Shown here one piece after another: positions 19,735-38,180 of a stretch of DNA of 64,000 nt. The notes beneath the pieces were generated by a model. It saw nothing but the letters and a program-made list of their open reading frames with translations. It was not told where the DNA came from and did not search any database. The DNA comes from the human T2T-CHM13v2.0 reference genome, Homo sapiens. Location of the stretch: contig CP068257.2 in NCBI GenBank assembly GCA_009914755.4, positions 41,440,001 to 41,504,000 of the forward strand. The letters run 5' to 3'. The position numbers and the translations under genes were made by a program. Position 1 is the first letter of the stretch. Each line of letters opens with the position of its first letter.

Positions 19735-21466
19735 CTGAAACAGAGGAGTCCACAATTATTCAGGAAAAAAAAAAAAAAATAGTACCAGCCCTGGCAGACA
19801 TTGTCTTACACAAATCAACACTCGAAGAACTGGAAAAAAAAAAAAAAAAAAAAAAGAACTGGCTTTATCTGGGTGGTGGTTACACAAATCTGTACACAGA
19901 TACACCTAACACACATCCCACACACACGCCTGAAACACACATACACACACATGCTTAGACATACAAATCTATAAAAAGCAAATCATGCCTGTGGTTTATT
20001 TGCACCAATGCCAGCTTCCCAGGTTTGAAAATGAACCTACAGTCGTGGCAGATGTTGTTAGTGGGAAGCTGGGAGAAGGGTACAAAGGATCTATTATTTT
20101 TGCCACTTATTGTGAGTAGTAAATTATTTCCAAATAAAAAAGTTAAAATAAGCAAATACTGACTCCAAAACAAAGGTTTAGGTCCACCTTTTCAGAAAGG
20201 CTTTACTGGAGATGACATTTCCTTTCATCTCTCAGCATGTGACCATAGGAAGCAAAAAAGTGTCAGGGCAGAGACTCCTTAGACCAGGGACAATGGCTGC
20301 AAAGCGCAGGCGGGATGTCTAGCCCTGCACAGAAAATGTCAGGCACGTGGCAGACTCAGAGCCCCGGCAGAGGCGCTGTCGGCCAGGCTCGTGATGCCCT
20401 GCCCTGCAGCATCTGGCTGTGTAAACCCTCAAACCCTGGTCCAGGTGGTTTCCTAAATGGCCCTCATGCCCCTGCCATCCTCCCCCAGGGAGATGCTGAT
20501 GACACCCCCTATCTATCTGCACCAAGCTCACCACATACTCATCTGGGAACACGCATGGCTTACAGCGGTCTCCAGACCCGCAACCCCTCCCTGGGCCTTG
20601 CAGCTCCGATGACACCCCGTGGCTAACCCTGGGCCCCCTCTTCAGCACAGTCACCTGCTGAACAGCCAGGGTCCTTGGGTCCTGCCCCCCAGGAGGCGAC
20701 CCTTAGACCTGGGGTGAACCCAGCTCCCAGAGGTCCTGTGCCATGGAGGGAGTGCCACATTTGCAGGGAGAGCTACCCTGAAGGCCAAAACAGGCGCCAA
20801 CAAGAGCAGCTGGAATCCAATCGCACCCTTCCCGGGGAGCAGAAGGCAGTCCTGCCAGGTCCCCAAACTGTACAGGGGCCAGGGAGGTTCCCTCAGAAGC
20901 AGTTCTCGGCAGAAGGGAACCAGGCTTGGCAGGTGTAGAGAGCCAGGGCCAGGTGGAAAGCCAAGCCCCAGGGTGACAGCGCCGGGGATTAGTTCATTAA
21001 TTCAGTTCGGGCATCTGGCCAGCCAGGCGGGAAGAGTCCCGCCTCCCTGCAGCAGGTGTGCTGACTCAGCACTGGGCCTCGGTGGCTGTGAAGTTACCTG
21101 AGAAGTTTGCAGAGGTGATCAGGGCCAGGCCCAGAGCGCTTAGCAAGAAAAAGGATGTGACTTGCAGGGATAGCCCTGGAGCCCCTTATCTCAAGGACTC
21201 CCACTTCCACAGCCCAAGAGTCTCCTGGGAGGACACGCCACTGTCCTAGAATGAACCTCCAACTCCTGACCCACCTCTGCAGCACCTCCCCGCAACGCCA
21301 CTATTCTCAGGGGCCCTCCGACTGGAGACAAGCGGCGTCGGCTCTGCGTCTCAGGATGGGGGTGTCTTCGGAGGATGAATGAGGCCAGTATGTGAGGTGC
21401 AGGTGCAACGCCATTTACAACCTGGAGGGCATCGTCTCCTTCTCATGCCCTAGAGTTAGGAGCTCA

Positions 21467-22073
<607 letters not shown>

Positions 22074-22477
22074 CTAAGAAGCACATTCTTTGATCTATTT
22101 GTTCTCCTCCAAGATTACACTAAGGAAATAAAGATAATCCTAAGGCTTAGTGAGCTTGATTTCAGTTTCATGCTGGGGTAGGGATTTTTGTTGATTTGTC
22201 TTTTCCACTGATAGATCTTCTGCGCCTTGAGCAGGGCACGAAATGCACATGGCGCTGAGGAAAGACTTGTTGGCTAAATGAATGTGTCGTATCTTCTATT
22301 GCAGTTATGTAAAATGAGGTAACTGCAAACATCTATCTACCCCGTAGAGGGCTTACAAAATGATGGCTTCTTCACCGAACAGTCTGTGCCACCAGAAAAA
22401 CAGCCCTTATGGAAAAATATGTAATGCCTACGGGAAGTCTTCATGACCTAGAGTTAACGGAAAAGTGCAGGCTGGGC

Positions 22478-22842
<365 letters not shown>

Positions 22843-23099
22843 TTATTTATTTATTCTGGAACTACTTGCTGAGCATCCACTGTCTTGCCAGGCACTGGCC
22901 TAGGCGCTGGGCTGCAGCGTAAGGAGGCCTTGGCCTCTCAGAGCCTCATCTACACGGCATGGCCCCACCCCCAGCTCCTCAATCCAGAGTGACTACAGGG
23001 GGTTACACCTCATGTCCTCCTGGCTGTGTGGTGTCCAGGTAACAAACTCCTGCCCTCCAGGTTATGGATCAGCCCTCTTGTGATCAAAAGCAGGACTTA

Positions 23100-23345
<246 letters not shown>

Positions 23346-23536
23346 TCAGGCTCGGATGCTGTGGGGTTCCAGCGAACCCTGCTGGCCCGGCCCCCTCTGG
23401 GAGGCGTGCTCTGCTCCCTCAGAGAAGCCCAGGAAGAACTGCACAAAAACACAGGCACCAGCCCTGTGGGCAGCCGCTTGGCCATTTCTCTCCTATAGGC
23501 ATATACCAAAAAAAATGGAAGCAGACAGTTGCTTGG

Positions 23537-23675
23537 GCCGGGTGCGGTGGCTCACGCCTCTCATCCCAGCACTTCGGGAGGCTGAGGCAGGAGGACCACT
23601 TGAGTCCACGAGGTCAAGACCAGCCTGGGCTCCAGCCCCATCTCTATTTAAAAAATAAAACAACAACAACAAAAC
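23537..23675 (+). mobile_element. Alu monomer-like fragment in the CBS 5'-UTR intron.
   Basis: ggccgggtgcggtggctcacgcctctcatcccagcacttcgggaggctgaggcaggaggaccacttgagtccacgaggtcaagaccagcctgggc...aaaaaataaaacaacaacaacaaaa. Confidence 0.75.
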
Positions 23676-24575
23676 AGATGCTTGCACACCCATGCTCACT
23701 GCTGCACTATTCACAAGTCAAAACGTGGAGGCAGCCCACGTATCCGCAGACGGATGAACACACACAGTAGGCTCATACACACACTAGAATATTACTCAGC
23801 CCTAAGAGAAATGAATTCTGGCACACGCTACAACACGGACGAAACTTCCGGACATTATGCCAAGCGAAATGAGCCAGACACAAAAGGACAAATACTGTGT
23901 GATTCCACTTCCACGATGAGGCACCTGGGACTCTCGAACGCCCCTCTATGTCTGGCAAATTCATAGAGATAGAAAGTAGAATAGAAGCGGCCAGCGGCTG
24001 AGGTGAGTGGGGAAGGGAGGGTGATTGTTTAATGGGTGCAGAGGTTGTGCTGGGGATGATGAAAACGTTCTGGGTGGAGATAGTCACGGTGGTTGCCTCA
24101 CACTTAGAAATGGTTACAGTGATCAGTGTTACGTGTATTTTACCCAGGATTAAAAACACACACACGCACCTGAAATAGATGAGACAGAAAAAAAAAAGAA
24201 GAAAGCAAAAAGAAAGCCAGGCGAGGTCCCATCTGCTGCCCCTCCTCTGGGGGGACAAGGAACCCACGACCACCTCCCACCTTGCCTTCTTCAGAGGGCC
24301 CAGGACTGGGCTCAGCCCCGCTTCACCCTCCTTTGATTCCCCACATTCAACAGGAAGACTAAGTCCACAGCCGTCACTCACCGGACAGATGGTGCTGACA
24401 GTTCAGCACCGCTCAAACTCTGTAAGGAGACGTGACAACAGAATCTGTCATGGGATCCTGGAATAGAAAAGGGCAGTGAGGAGAAAACTCTGCAAATCTG
24501 ACTCAAGCGCGGACTTTGGTTAATGTCAACAATGGTTATGTGATCGTGGAATTGGCTCATTAATTGTAACAAATA

Positions 24576-24895
24576 GGCCGGGCGCGGTGGCTCACGCCTG
24601 TAATCCCAGCACTTTGGGAGGCCGAGGCGGGCGGATCATGAGGTCAAGAGATCGAGACCATCCTGGCCAACATGGTGAAACCCCGTTTCTACTAAAACTA
24701 CAAAAATTAGCCAAGCATGGTGGCGCACACCTGTAGTCCCAGCTACTCGGGAAGCTGAGGCAGGAGAATCGCTTGAACCCGGGAGGGGGAGGTCAGTGAG
24801 CCGAGATCGCGCCACTGCACTCCAGCCTGGCAACAGAGCGAGACTCCGTCTCAAAAAATAAAAATAAAAATAAAAATAAAAGAAAATAAATAAAG
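24576..24895 (+). mobile_element. Alu (young-looking, close to consensus).
   Basis: ggccgggcgcggtggctcacgcctgtaatcccagcactttgggaggccgaggcgggcggatcatgaggtcaagagatcgagaccatcctggc...gagcgagactccgtctcaaaaaataaaaataaaaat. Confidence 0.9.
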
Positions 24896-25002
24896 TAACA
24901 AATATACGACATCAGTTTAAGATCTTAATAACAGGGGAAACTGGGGGAACTCTATCTATTTTTTCAATTTTTCTAAATCTAAAACTGCTCTTTTTTAAAT
25001 TT

Positions 25003-25280
25003 TCGAGACGGAGTCTCCCTCTTGTTGCCCAGGCTGGAGCAGTGGTGCGATCTCGGCTCACTGCAACCTCCACCTCCCGGGTTCAAGCAGTTCTCCTGTC
25101 TCAGCCTCCTGAGTAGGATTACAGACGCCCGCCACCACATCCGGCTAATTTTTGTATTTTTAGTAGAGACGAAGTTTCACCATGTTGGCCAGGCTGGTCT
25201 CGAACTCCTGACCTCAGGTGATTCGCCCGCCTAGCCTCTCAAAGTGCTGGGATTATAGGAGTGAGCCACCCCGCCCGGCC
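25003..25280 (-). mobile_element. Alu.
   Basis: ttcgagacggagtctccctcttgttgcccaggctggagcagtggtgcgatctc...gggattataggagtgagccaccccgcccggcc. Confidence 0.9.
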
Positions 25281-25559
25281 TAAAACTGCTTTTTTTTTAA
25301 AAAGCCTATTAAAAAAGAAAAAGTTGCGGAAGCCGGCTGCCTTTGGAAGCCCTTGGAGTATGCTGTTCAGGTGGTCTCTGCGCACAGGCCCTACCCAGGC
25401 CTCAGCTTGGCCTCCTGGACTTCCCAGCCTCCCCTCCACCTTTGCAATTCACCAGACTGGGGGCCAAAGCGGCTTCAAACGACCCTGGAGGGTGGTGCTT
25501 TCAAGGTCTTGGGACCACGGACTTGTCTGAAAATCCGAAGGCGTTGGATCTTCTCTTCC

Positions 25560-28030
25560 CCAGAAAAATGCACCCGCTTTCAGAGGTTCGTGTCCCACGC
25601 TTTTCTTTCTATCCCAACCTTGTAAGAAGCCGCCGCCGTGAGCGGAGCAGCACCTTCCTCCGCGGGTCGCGGGAGTCACCTACGGGAAGGGACTCTCCGT
25701 CTGGCACAGGCCCTGTCTGGCCTGGGGCGCGCATGCTCCGCCGCCGAATCTTCCAGAAAGCCGTGGACCCGAGGCCCCGGCAGACGCAGGCGGCCCAGCG
25801 CCTTGCTTTTGGCCCCTCGCCTCGCCCTGGAGCCCTCTCTCGCAAGGTAAGGGACTGCCGGGAACGCAGATCGCAAGCCGTCGGGGCTCTGTAGAACTCA
25901 GAGGCGCTCGGCGGAAAGCTCGCCAGGCGACCCAGACCCGAACCCGCGGGCTCCCCAAGACAACAGCGCCGGGCGGCCGGATGCACGTGCGTCCCGGGAA
26001 GGCGGGTTCAGCTGGCATCGCCTGGCCGGTTCCGTTCGCTCCTTAAACCACAAGACCCCCTTGGGGTCACGACGTTCCCGGGGCACCCCTGCACTCGCGC
26101 GCCAGCACTCCCGGAGGGGCCTGGGGAAGGCCACGCGCACGGAGAGCGGGAAACTCCTCTAGGTTTCCAGGTGGGAGATCCAGACCCTACTGAGACCCGG
26201 AAACCGCCGGCCACTCCGCCTCCGGAAGCGACACTTTGGGACAAAGCTGGGGACAAGTAAGCCCAGAAGATCCTCGGGAAGCCGAGAATTTCGCGCTCCG
26301 CTCTCCCACCCACGCTCCGCCTCCCGCTTGCATCCTACAGCTCAGCTGCGGTCTCGCCTGGGGCTCAGGGAAGTGAGGTCCCAGGAAAACCTCCATCCCC
26401 CGAACGCAACCTGGGCAGAGCCCCGCGTCCCTCCCCCAGCGGGCACCCACCTCGCGTGCCGCCCGCGCAACGACAGCGTTTACCGCCACCCCACACGGTC
26501 CGCCAAAAAGGGCGATTTGCAAACAGCCATTTCCCATCCACAATGCAGCGAACTCAATGCTGGGCACCGAAACGTGCATCTCCCCCGGATTCCCACCCCG
26601 CGTCCCTGCTCCACGCTCCAGGACTCGCCGCCAGTGGGGTCCACTCCGCCGGCGCGGGGGCTGGGGTGGGAGCCCGGGGCCACGTGCACGGCCAGCCCCC
26701 ATCTTCTGGGCGGTCAAGACCGCAGGCGTGGGCGCCGGTGGGGCGGGGGTCTTGGGAGACCCTGTCTCGCCGCCTTTCGGTGCAGATGATGCAACTCTGG
26801 GCGGAGGCGCGGAGAGGGAAACCGGGACCCAGTTGAGATCCTCTGTCCAGAGAGGGGAGCGAGTCTCGGTGGGGCCGGATCTCACCTGGACGGATACATG
26901 GAAAAGAGGGGCGAGCGGCTGCCCCGACTGCGGCGAGGCGGAGACGGCGACCCCGGGGTGGCGGCCTCGCGGGGACCCACGGCGAGGGGAGCAGGCGGGC
27001 GGTGATTGGCGGAGAGGCGGGGGCGGAGGCCGGCGCCGGCCAATGTCTCGTGGCAGAGCACCCGCCCGCCCAGCCCCTCCTCCACCCCACCCAGCCCGGG
27101 CCCCTCCCCCCCACCCCTTCCCCACCCCGCCGCAGCCTGGGACCCTCCGGCCTGCCCGACCCCCGCCCTCCCCGGGACCCCGGCATGCCCCCACCCCAGT
27201 CCGCCCGCCCCATTCCCACGCCCTGTTGATTCAACCGCAGACCCGGGTCGCCGCCCCCTCCCCCGCCTTCCTCTTCGCCTGAGCCCGCCCGCCCCGGGTT
27301 CCAGCCACCCCCACCCGCGGACCCCGGTGGTGTCTTCTACCTGGTGTTCCGATGCTGTTTTACTTGGTTAACTTCTTGCCCTTCGGGAATTTAAGGAACC
27401 TTTACTGATGAGCTTGAAACGTGCGTCCTGGTGGGTGGGGGGCCCTGCGCGTCCTCGAGGACCGACCCCGAGGGCGTGTGTCGCGGGCCCGGGAGGGGGC
27501 GCCGCGCCGGGGCGGGACTCGATGGCCGCGCTCTGTGGCCGCCGGACGCCGTGCGCAGCGCCCCGCGTGACCGCGCCCAGAGCCGGGTCCGAACCCCGAT
27601 CCGAGGCGCAGAACAGTCGCCTTGCGCGGCTCCGGTGCGGCCCACGGCCAGGGGCTGCCGGGCGCTCTCGGGGACGGGGCCGACTCCGCGCAGGGTGGTA
27701 GCAGGGGCGCCCCGCGGGGCTCCTTCGCCAGGTCCCGGAGGCCGCGGGCGGGGCCGTTTCCCAAACATCGTGCTCTGGACTTTCAGAGGCTGAACCTGAT
27801 CCCCCCGCCCTATGGCTAAATGGGGGATCCCAGGCCCCCGAGTCTCCCCCCGGACCTGCAGCGAAAGACACGGACGGTGCCCATCAGCTCTGGGCAGAGG
27901 AACGTGCTGCGCCTCCGCAGCGTCCCCGGCTCAGGTCAGAGCGATGCTCCGCAGCCTCCTCCGGCCCGCGCAGCTCCGCCGGGGTCTCTGCCACGTGGGG
28001 CTCACAGTAGGGGAGGGAGTGAGACGTGAA
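25560..28030 (-). promoter_or_regulatory. CBS: CpG island holding the CBS alternative 5'-UTR exons (-1a to -1e, exon 0) and the TATA-less promoter region. Exact UTR exon boundaries were not resolved.
   Basis: Very high GC and CpG density directly 5' of coding exon 1. Published CBS structure has 5' UTR exons -1a to -1e and exon 0 upstream of the ATG exon. The recalled gene span of ~23.7 kb puts the most distal TSS near 28.0 kb. Confidence 0.6.
26990..27050 (-). promoter_or_regulatory. CBS: Candidate CBS -1b basal promoter core: paired CCAAT/ATTGG (NF-Y) boxes flanking tandem GC boxes (Sp1/Sp3).
   Basis: Plus strand 27001-27050: ggtGATTGGcggagaggcGGGGGCGGaggccggcgccggCCAATgtctcg. On the minus strand a GT donor (plus ctcacc, 26881-26886) lies ~100 bp 3' of this. 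The motif arrangement matches the described NF-Y/Sp1-dependent -1b promoter. Confidence 0.45.
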
Positions 28031-28139
28031 TTAGAATTAAATGTCCACTGGCAGGAACTGACACGAAGAACAATAAAGCCGGCGATGTGGGGAGGGGACA
28101 GGGATGGAGTTACATCATGAAGGCTCTGGAAGGTGGCAT

Positions 28140-28226
28140 TGGAGGCCGGGATCGCGCCACTGTCCTCCAGCCTGTGCGACTGAGCGAGACTGTCTCCAGA
28201 AAAAAAAAAAAAAAAAAAAAAAAAAT
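28140..28226 (+). mobile_element. Alu 3' fragment with a long polyA.
   Basis: ggaggccgggatcgcgccactgtcctccagcctgtgcgactgagcgagactgtctccagaaaaaaaaaaaaaaaaaaaaaaaaa. Confidence 0.7.
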
Positions 28227-28428
28227 CCTGTCCAGTCTTTATAAGAAGAGAGACGTGGACACAGACACGCGGAGAGAAAAAGGCCATGTGGAGATGGCGG
28301 CAGAGATGAGATGTGCTGCCACCAGACGAGAAATGGCAGGGATGGCTGGCGGCCTCCACAGGGCTGGGAAAGGTGGCCAGGGCCTCCCTCAGAGCCTTCA
28401 GCCAGCCTGCGGGAGAGAAAGATGATAA

Positions 28429-28735
<307 letters not shown>

Positions 28736-28828
28736 AATGTGTGTTGTTTTAAACCACTCAAGTTTGCAGTAATTTGTTACACAGCCCAAATACTTTTTAA
28801 TTTTTTAGAAATTTTAACGTAATTTTAG

Positions 28829-29378
<550 letters not shown>

Positions 29379-29441
29379 CTCTCTAGTTTTAACACTTACT
29401 GATGATTTTGTCTGAATTGATTTTTATTAAAATGGTTGCTG

Positions 29442-29782
<341 letters not shown>

Positions 29783-29936
29783 CTAAGCCCATCACTCCTC
29801 CATGTACCATTTGGCATTCCATTATTAGAGTTTTCCTTCTCCCTCATTTATTTATTCACTTAGTTATATCAATGTGAGCCGTAGGTCCTATTTTAAAATG
29901 AAAAAGCTACACCTGACCACTGAAAGTGCACGAATG

Positions 29937-30430
<494 letters not shown>

Positions 30431-30857
30431 CACATCTCCCCGGCCCTCATCATTTTCTAGCCTCTGCCTCATTTCTGTGTCTGCCTACATGAGAGGAGGC
30501 ACTGCAGGAGCAGAGCCCCCAGGAGGGCCTGGCCCACCACATTGTACTGGGAAGGAGCTCAGAGCCAGAGATGCAGGAATGCTGGCGTCCTGTGGACAAG
30601 GTGGAAGAGCTTCCTTCTAATCACCTCTGTTTCTTCAAAGGAATAGGCCTGACAGCTGGTCAGCAGCAAGTGGACAGCGAGGCCGAGCTGATGGAGGGTT
30701 TTGTTGTTGTTACTTTTGTTCAGAGTATAACACGTATGCAGAAAGTGCACATGTCATGAGTGGACAGAGGATAAACCGCTACCCCACTGGGGGGCGAGCA
30801 GAGGGGAGAGGCCTGGGCCTGCACCATCCCCTGGTGGCCGGAAGGCTGGGCCCTCAG

Positions 30858-30960
30858 AACTGGAGGAGATTGGAGGAGGAGGAGGAGGAAGAGGAAGGGA
30901 AGGAGGAGGAAGAGGAAGGGAAGGAGGAGGAAGAGGAAGGGAAGGAGGAGAGGTGGGCAG
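30858..30960. repeat. Purine-rich tandem repeat with a 24-bp unit, ~3.5 copies of GGAGGAGGAAGAGGAAGGGAAGGA.
   Basis: ggaggaggaggaggaagaggaagggaaggaggaggaagaggaagggaaggaggaggaagaggaagggaaggaggag. This is a pure R/Y strand asymmetry. Confidence 0.85.
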
Positions 30961-31788
30961 CACTGAGGGCTCCTGCGAATTTCCATTCACAAGTTTCCCA
31001 GGCCCCTGGCAGCACGGCTGTGCTTTTCTCTGGCTGCGGTGAGTGGCCCGCGTGGCAGGGCAGGGGAAGAGCGCTGGAGATGGTCGTGTGTGTTTACGAG
31101 ATTCTCTCTCCCTGCCCAAGTCACGGCAGTGGCGGAAACTTACCCACCCTTTGGATTTGGGCTGAGCCGTGGTTTGCTTCACCCCTTGGGACACACAGCA
31201 GAAGGGAGTGTGCCTGTTTGCAGCTGAGACCTCAGGGACAGCGGCCCTGACCTCAACCTGCAGCCCGGGGCCCAGCCCTGCAGAGCCCGGCAGGGGAAGA
31301 ACAAAATGCCCTTTGCTGGGAGCCACCGGGACTGGGGCTGTTTGCAGGCTGGGTTACGTGTGAGAGTGAAGTTTTGTCTGAGTGTGTTGGTGGGAGACGG
31401 CACAGACGGGAGGCTGAGCTGCGTTTGTTTGCAGGGATCTGCGCTGGGTGGGGCGGGAAGGATGGGCAGCAGGCGGCAGGGACAGTGAAAAGCTGGTGGG
31501 TCCATGGACAGGCAGCGTCACTGGAGAGAAAGAACTGCGGATGGAGAGTTCTAGAATAAGGAGCTGGAGCATCCGAGGGGCTGAAGGGCTGGCACTATAG
31601 CAACAATGCCCTTTGGGTATGAGAGGAGGGGAGGATTTGTGTAGGTCGGTGGCCAAGATCGTTCTGAGGGGAGGGTTCCTGAGCCCAGGCGTCCAGGAGG
31701 AGCTTGGATCTTTAATTTCTTTCAGTGGTGTTTTGGGATTTGGGGTATGTAAGTCTCACACTTCTTTGGTTACATTTATTCCTTTTGA

Positions 31789-32782
<994 letters not shown>

Positions 32783-32818
32783 TGAACCACGTGAAATTGC
32801 TGAAATGTGACCTTTTGA

Positions 32819-33365
<547 letters not shown>

Positions 33366-33366
33366 A

Positions 33367-33668
<302 letters not shown>

Positions 33669-34964
33669 TGATTCAACTTATTTTTAAAAAAAGACCTGGG
33701 ATTTGAGGAGGTGCCTGAATAGTTGGAGGTAGGCGTTTTCCAAATCGAGTTTGGCTGCGTGGGGTGGAATGTAGGCTCCAAGGATGCCCCGCTGTGTGAA
33801 CAGGCCAGCTGCTCCTGGAATGCTGCTGAGAGGGAGGTGCCCTGTTGAGGGGGAGTCCCAGGGGGGTGAGGGGCTGGCTTCCTTGCTGAGAGCCACACCA
33901 TGCCATCTAACAAGTCAGCTGGAACCCCTGGCAAGATGGCCGAGGCTGGGTGGTGACCTCACTTGCTGGGTTGCTGGGCCCAGGCCCGGCTCTCTCCTGA
34001 AAGCTCCACAGACCTGCAGACTCAGTTTCCAGGCCTGTCCTGCTGCCCCCGGAGCACGGGCATGGGAAGACAGCCATCTGGGCGGTCTCGGGACTGTTTG
34101 GTTGAGAAGGTTCTGTCACATATGACGTGCTAGAAAGAAAAGACCTTGGACTTTAATTTCTTTGGGCGTTAGAGAGGAGAAGGCGATTTCAGCTTTAGAC
34201 CATGTTTTCTCTTAGGAGCCTGGCGGTGGGAGGGGAGCCCGGCCATGGGAGGGGAGTCATATTTTCCAGACTGTGCGGCTTCAGGCCACCATGGGTCTCA
34301 GCTGATCTCTTACAAAGCGCTTGGGAGCTCCCGAGACCGGGGAGGCGGCGCGGCGTGTCAGCCTTGGCTGCCGGGTGGCGCTTGAGCTAACCTGATTATT
34401 GCATGGATCTCACTGGTTCAAAACCTTCCTGGGGAAGAAGCCAACTGTCCGTGGAACCAGGAGGAGCCTGAGGGGTGGCAGTGGGCACTAAGGAAGTGGC
34501 CTCGGGGTGCGGGAGGACAGCCTTGGCATGGTTGATGCCTTGCCCAGCCCACTCTGGGTGAGGGAACACGGGAACAGTGTCATGTTTCCATGAGGGGCCA
34601 CTCCTGGCTTCTCTCCTCACCCCCCCACCCCCCATCCTTCCCTGGAGAGGAGTGTGACCTGTCTGACCGCGTCATGCCGAGGCTTCGGCACTGACTTGTG
34701 CAGATGCCTGCACTGCAGGGCGCTGATCTGTTTAAATGGCGCGAGCCCTGGGGACTCACTCCCTCCCTACCCCCAAGCAGGCACAGGGCCAGCGTCCCTG
34801 CATGCTGTGTGGGCCCAAGCTGACCCGCAGGTGGGCAGTCCCGGGTCAGACCATGGACAGGGATGGCCTTACAAGTTCTCTGGGCCTTAAAATCTAGATT
34901 CATGTTCTCCAATCTGCTTTGTCAGAAATAAAGTTGATAAGGCAAAAAAAGTCTACTCAGGTGA

Positions 34965-35332
<368 letters not shown>

Positions 35333-35545
35333 TCCTGTTCATTCAAAATATACCCCAGGCACAAGGACGTGCAAAAGACCCACGAGCAGAAGGGAATCCA
35401 AGAACAGACCCATCTGCACACGGTGACGGGACTACCACAGAGGGAGCCGCGTCCTGCAGGGAAAGGTGGTGGTTGTTTTTACAATAAATGCTGCTGGAGC
35501 AATTGGATATCCATGTAGGAAAGCGCTGATTTCACACCGACACGG

Positions 35546-35850
35546 AACATGGCTGCATGCGTGGCTCACGCCTGTAATCCCAGCACTCTGGGAGGCCAAG
35601 GCCGGTGGATCACTTGAAGCCAGGAGTTTGAGACCAGCCTGGCAACATGTGAAACCCTGTTTATATTAAAAAAAAAAAAAATTAGATGGGCATGGTGGCT
35701 TGCACCTGTATTCTCAGCTACATGGGAGGCTGAGGTGGGAGAATCACTTGAGCCCAGGAGTTTGAGGCTATAGTGAGCTATAATTATGCCACTGCACTCC
35801 AGCCTGGGTGACAAAGTGAGACCCTGTCTCAACAATGACAACAACAAAAG
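35546..35850 (+). mobile_element. Alu.
   Basis: ggctgcatgcgtggctcacgcctgtaatcccagcactctgggaggccaaggccggtgg...cctgggtgacaaagtgagaccctgtctcaacaatgac. Confidence 0.85.
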
Positions 35851-35898
35851 GAAGACAAATCCTAGAGCTAAATGTGAAAGTGAACATATTAAAGCTTA

Positions 35899-36215
<317 letters not shown>

Positions 36216-36217
36216 GC

Positions 36218-36780
<563 letters not shown>

Positions 36781-36784
36781 AACA

Positions 36785-37075
<291 letters not shown>

Positions 37076-37388
37076 ACACACACACACAATATATATATAT
37101 ATAAGGCTTACAACAAAGACAGAGAATATCAGCAGGAACTTAGGGAGGTGAGAAGTATCTTACATGGAACACAAAAAGCACCGTGTACAGACGAAAGATG
37201 GGTAAATCAACTTAGTTGAATTCTAAGAACAGGCTTTCATCAAGACACCATTTAGAGAGAGAAAAGGCAAACCACAGACTGGGAGAAAATATTTGCAACG
37301 CACGTCAACAAAAGATTCATCTCCACCGTATATAAAAAACATCTAGAAATAAATAAGAAAATGACAAACTACTCAATTTTTTTATTTT

Positions 37389-37685
37389 TATTTTTTTTTG
37401 AGACAGAGTTTCACTTTTGTCACCCAGGCTGGAGTGCAATGGGCGTGATCTCGGCTCACTGCAACCTCTGCCTCCCAGGTTCAAGTGATTCTCCTGTTTC
37501 AGCCTCCTGAGTAGCTGGGATTACAGGTGCCTGACAACCAGGCCCGGTTAATTTTTGTATTTTTAGTAAAGACGGGGTTTCACCACGTTGGTCAGGCTGG
37601 TCTCGAACTCCTGACCTCAGGTGATCCACCCACCTCGGCCTCCCAAAGTGCTGGGATTACAGGCGTGAGCCACTGTGCCCAGCCT
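37389..37685 (-). mobile_element. Alu.
   Basis: tttttttttgagacagagtttcacttttgtcacccaggctggagtgcaatgggcgtgatctc...gggattacaggcgtgagccactgtgcccagcc. Confidence 0.9.
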
Positions 37686-38051
37686 CGATATTTTAAAATA
37701 GGCAAAAGACTTAAACCCGGCTTCACAGAGAGACATGCAAATGTTAACAGCAGGAAAAAGTGCCGGCCTCATTAGTCATCAGAAATACGAAAATGAAAAC
37801 CACAGTCACCCATCACTGCACCCCACCAGAACAGCTTACAAACCAAGCGGAGAGGACCACCCCAAGCCCATCACAGTCCAAGCCGCCCTCTGCTCTTGCC
37901 TGGACAGTCCTGTCTGTGTGCTTCTCCTCTGCACTCCTGCCCGGCCTGCAGTCTGTCCCCCACACTGCAGTGAGAAACTGCTTTAAGCATATAAATTAGA
38001 GCTCTTTATGCTCCTGTTCAAACCCTTCCCACGACTCAGCTTAGGGATTCC

Positions 38052-38180
38052 AGGGACAAGCCACGTGTGGTCACTCAGACCTGTACTCCCAGCACTTTGG
38101 GAGGCCGAGGCGGGAGGATGGCTTCAGCCCAGGAGTTTGAAGCCAGCTTGGGCAACATGATGAGACCCTGTTTCTAGGGA
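38052..38180 (+). mobile_element. Alu left-monomer fragment.
   Basis: gtggtcactcagacctgtactcccagcactttgggaggccgaggcgggaggatggcttcagcccaggagtttgaagccagcttgggcaacatgatgagaccctgtttctag. Confidence 0.75.

Noticed and set aside
26187-27371. Long overlapping ORFs on both strands (335 aa, 226 aa, 241 aa, 121 aa), rich in P/R/G/A.
   Set aside because: They lie in the CBS CpG island. The composition-driven absence of stop codons in ~80% GC DNA produces them on both strands simultaneously. The peptides are low complexity and match no known protein family. The real CBS ATG is at 23309.
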